A stretch of 64,000 nt of DNA from Ranitomeya imitator (taxonomy: Eukaryota): NCBI RefSeq assembly GCF_032444005.1, contig NC_091282.1, positions 184,698,001 to 184,762,000 of the forward strand, in the 5' to 3' direction. The stretch's first letter is position 1; every line of letters begins with the position of its first letter. The position numbers were made by a program, and so were the translations under genes. The notes below the pieces were generated by a model. The model made no database searches. It was not told the DNA's origin and was given only the letters and a program-made list of their open reading frames with translations. Below, one piece after another: positions 63,474 to 64,000 of this stretch.

Positions 63474-64000
63474 AACCTTGGACTCAAAATAAACAATCTA
63501 CACAATATCCCTTTGCTGTATCAGCTTCCTACATGTTTCACAGCTCTCCAGACATTCTTGTGGGACACATGCTATAGGAACGTCTAGCCACTATATAGCA
63601 ATTTTTCAGCCTGGGTGTAATGTAAACAAAAGCCTCCTGTACACATGAGAAATTCATTGCCACTGAAGAGTTCCAGATTGTCTGAGTGGTATGTGGAGGA
63701 AAATCCCCCAGCATTTAGTAGACAGAACACAGGCTTTTTTAGATGTCTCTCTTATTCCAAGATGATTTAATTATTTGCTAAAGACTATAGCTTTAGCAAA
63801 ATAGAGGAATGCCCTTTTTAAGTTGTGTGTTAGGTGTTGGGATTCTCCCTCTGCGCAGGATAGATCCCAAGCATCATCTGGTGGTGCTGTGGTCCCCCAT
63901 TCTGGTCGGGCTGCTGGGATTGCTGTTCAGTGCAGACGTCGGTCCCAGCGTCTTGCTCAGGCTTGTGGTATACATTTGGCTACTGCTAGCTCTCCAGTCA

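Noticed and set aside
63835-64000. Possible LTR start (tgttgggattctccc...)
   Set aside because: Cut by the window edge; no second end or TSD is available to support it.

Overview
This is a eukaryotic, repeat-dense window; the TE families point to an anuran amphibian (inference). The only host gene found is the middle of a P2X purinoceptor on the minus strand, six exons matching P2RX1 exons 5-10. Everything else is transposon-derived and deeply nested. (1) A Penelope-like retroelement (RT at 901-2694, GIY-YIG at 19060-19479, hammerhead ribozyme near 20.3 kb) is split by a 16.4-kb hAT transposon (2695-19051). That hAT holds a TTAA-flanked piggyBac-like element carrying a ~392-bp satellite and telomere-like repeats, which in turn holds a Harbinger-type MITE. 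(2) A second, decayed hAT lies at about 33.5-38.7 kb. (3) There are several Tc1 elements, one with an intact 340-aa DD34E transposase sitting next to a 70-bp perfect-palindrome mini-derivative. (4) A full-length chromodomain Ty3/Gypsy element (46122-51925) shows a Tf1-like self-priming signature and an apparent 6-bp target duplication. (5) The rest is solo LTRs, a CR1 3' end, MITEs, a Helitron-like element, minisatellites and a 367-nt assembly gap. I found no tRNA, rRNA or CRISPR features. All identifications come from motif recognition by eye; no database searches were run.
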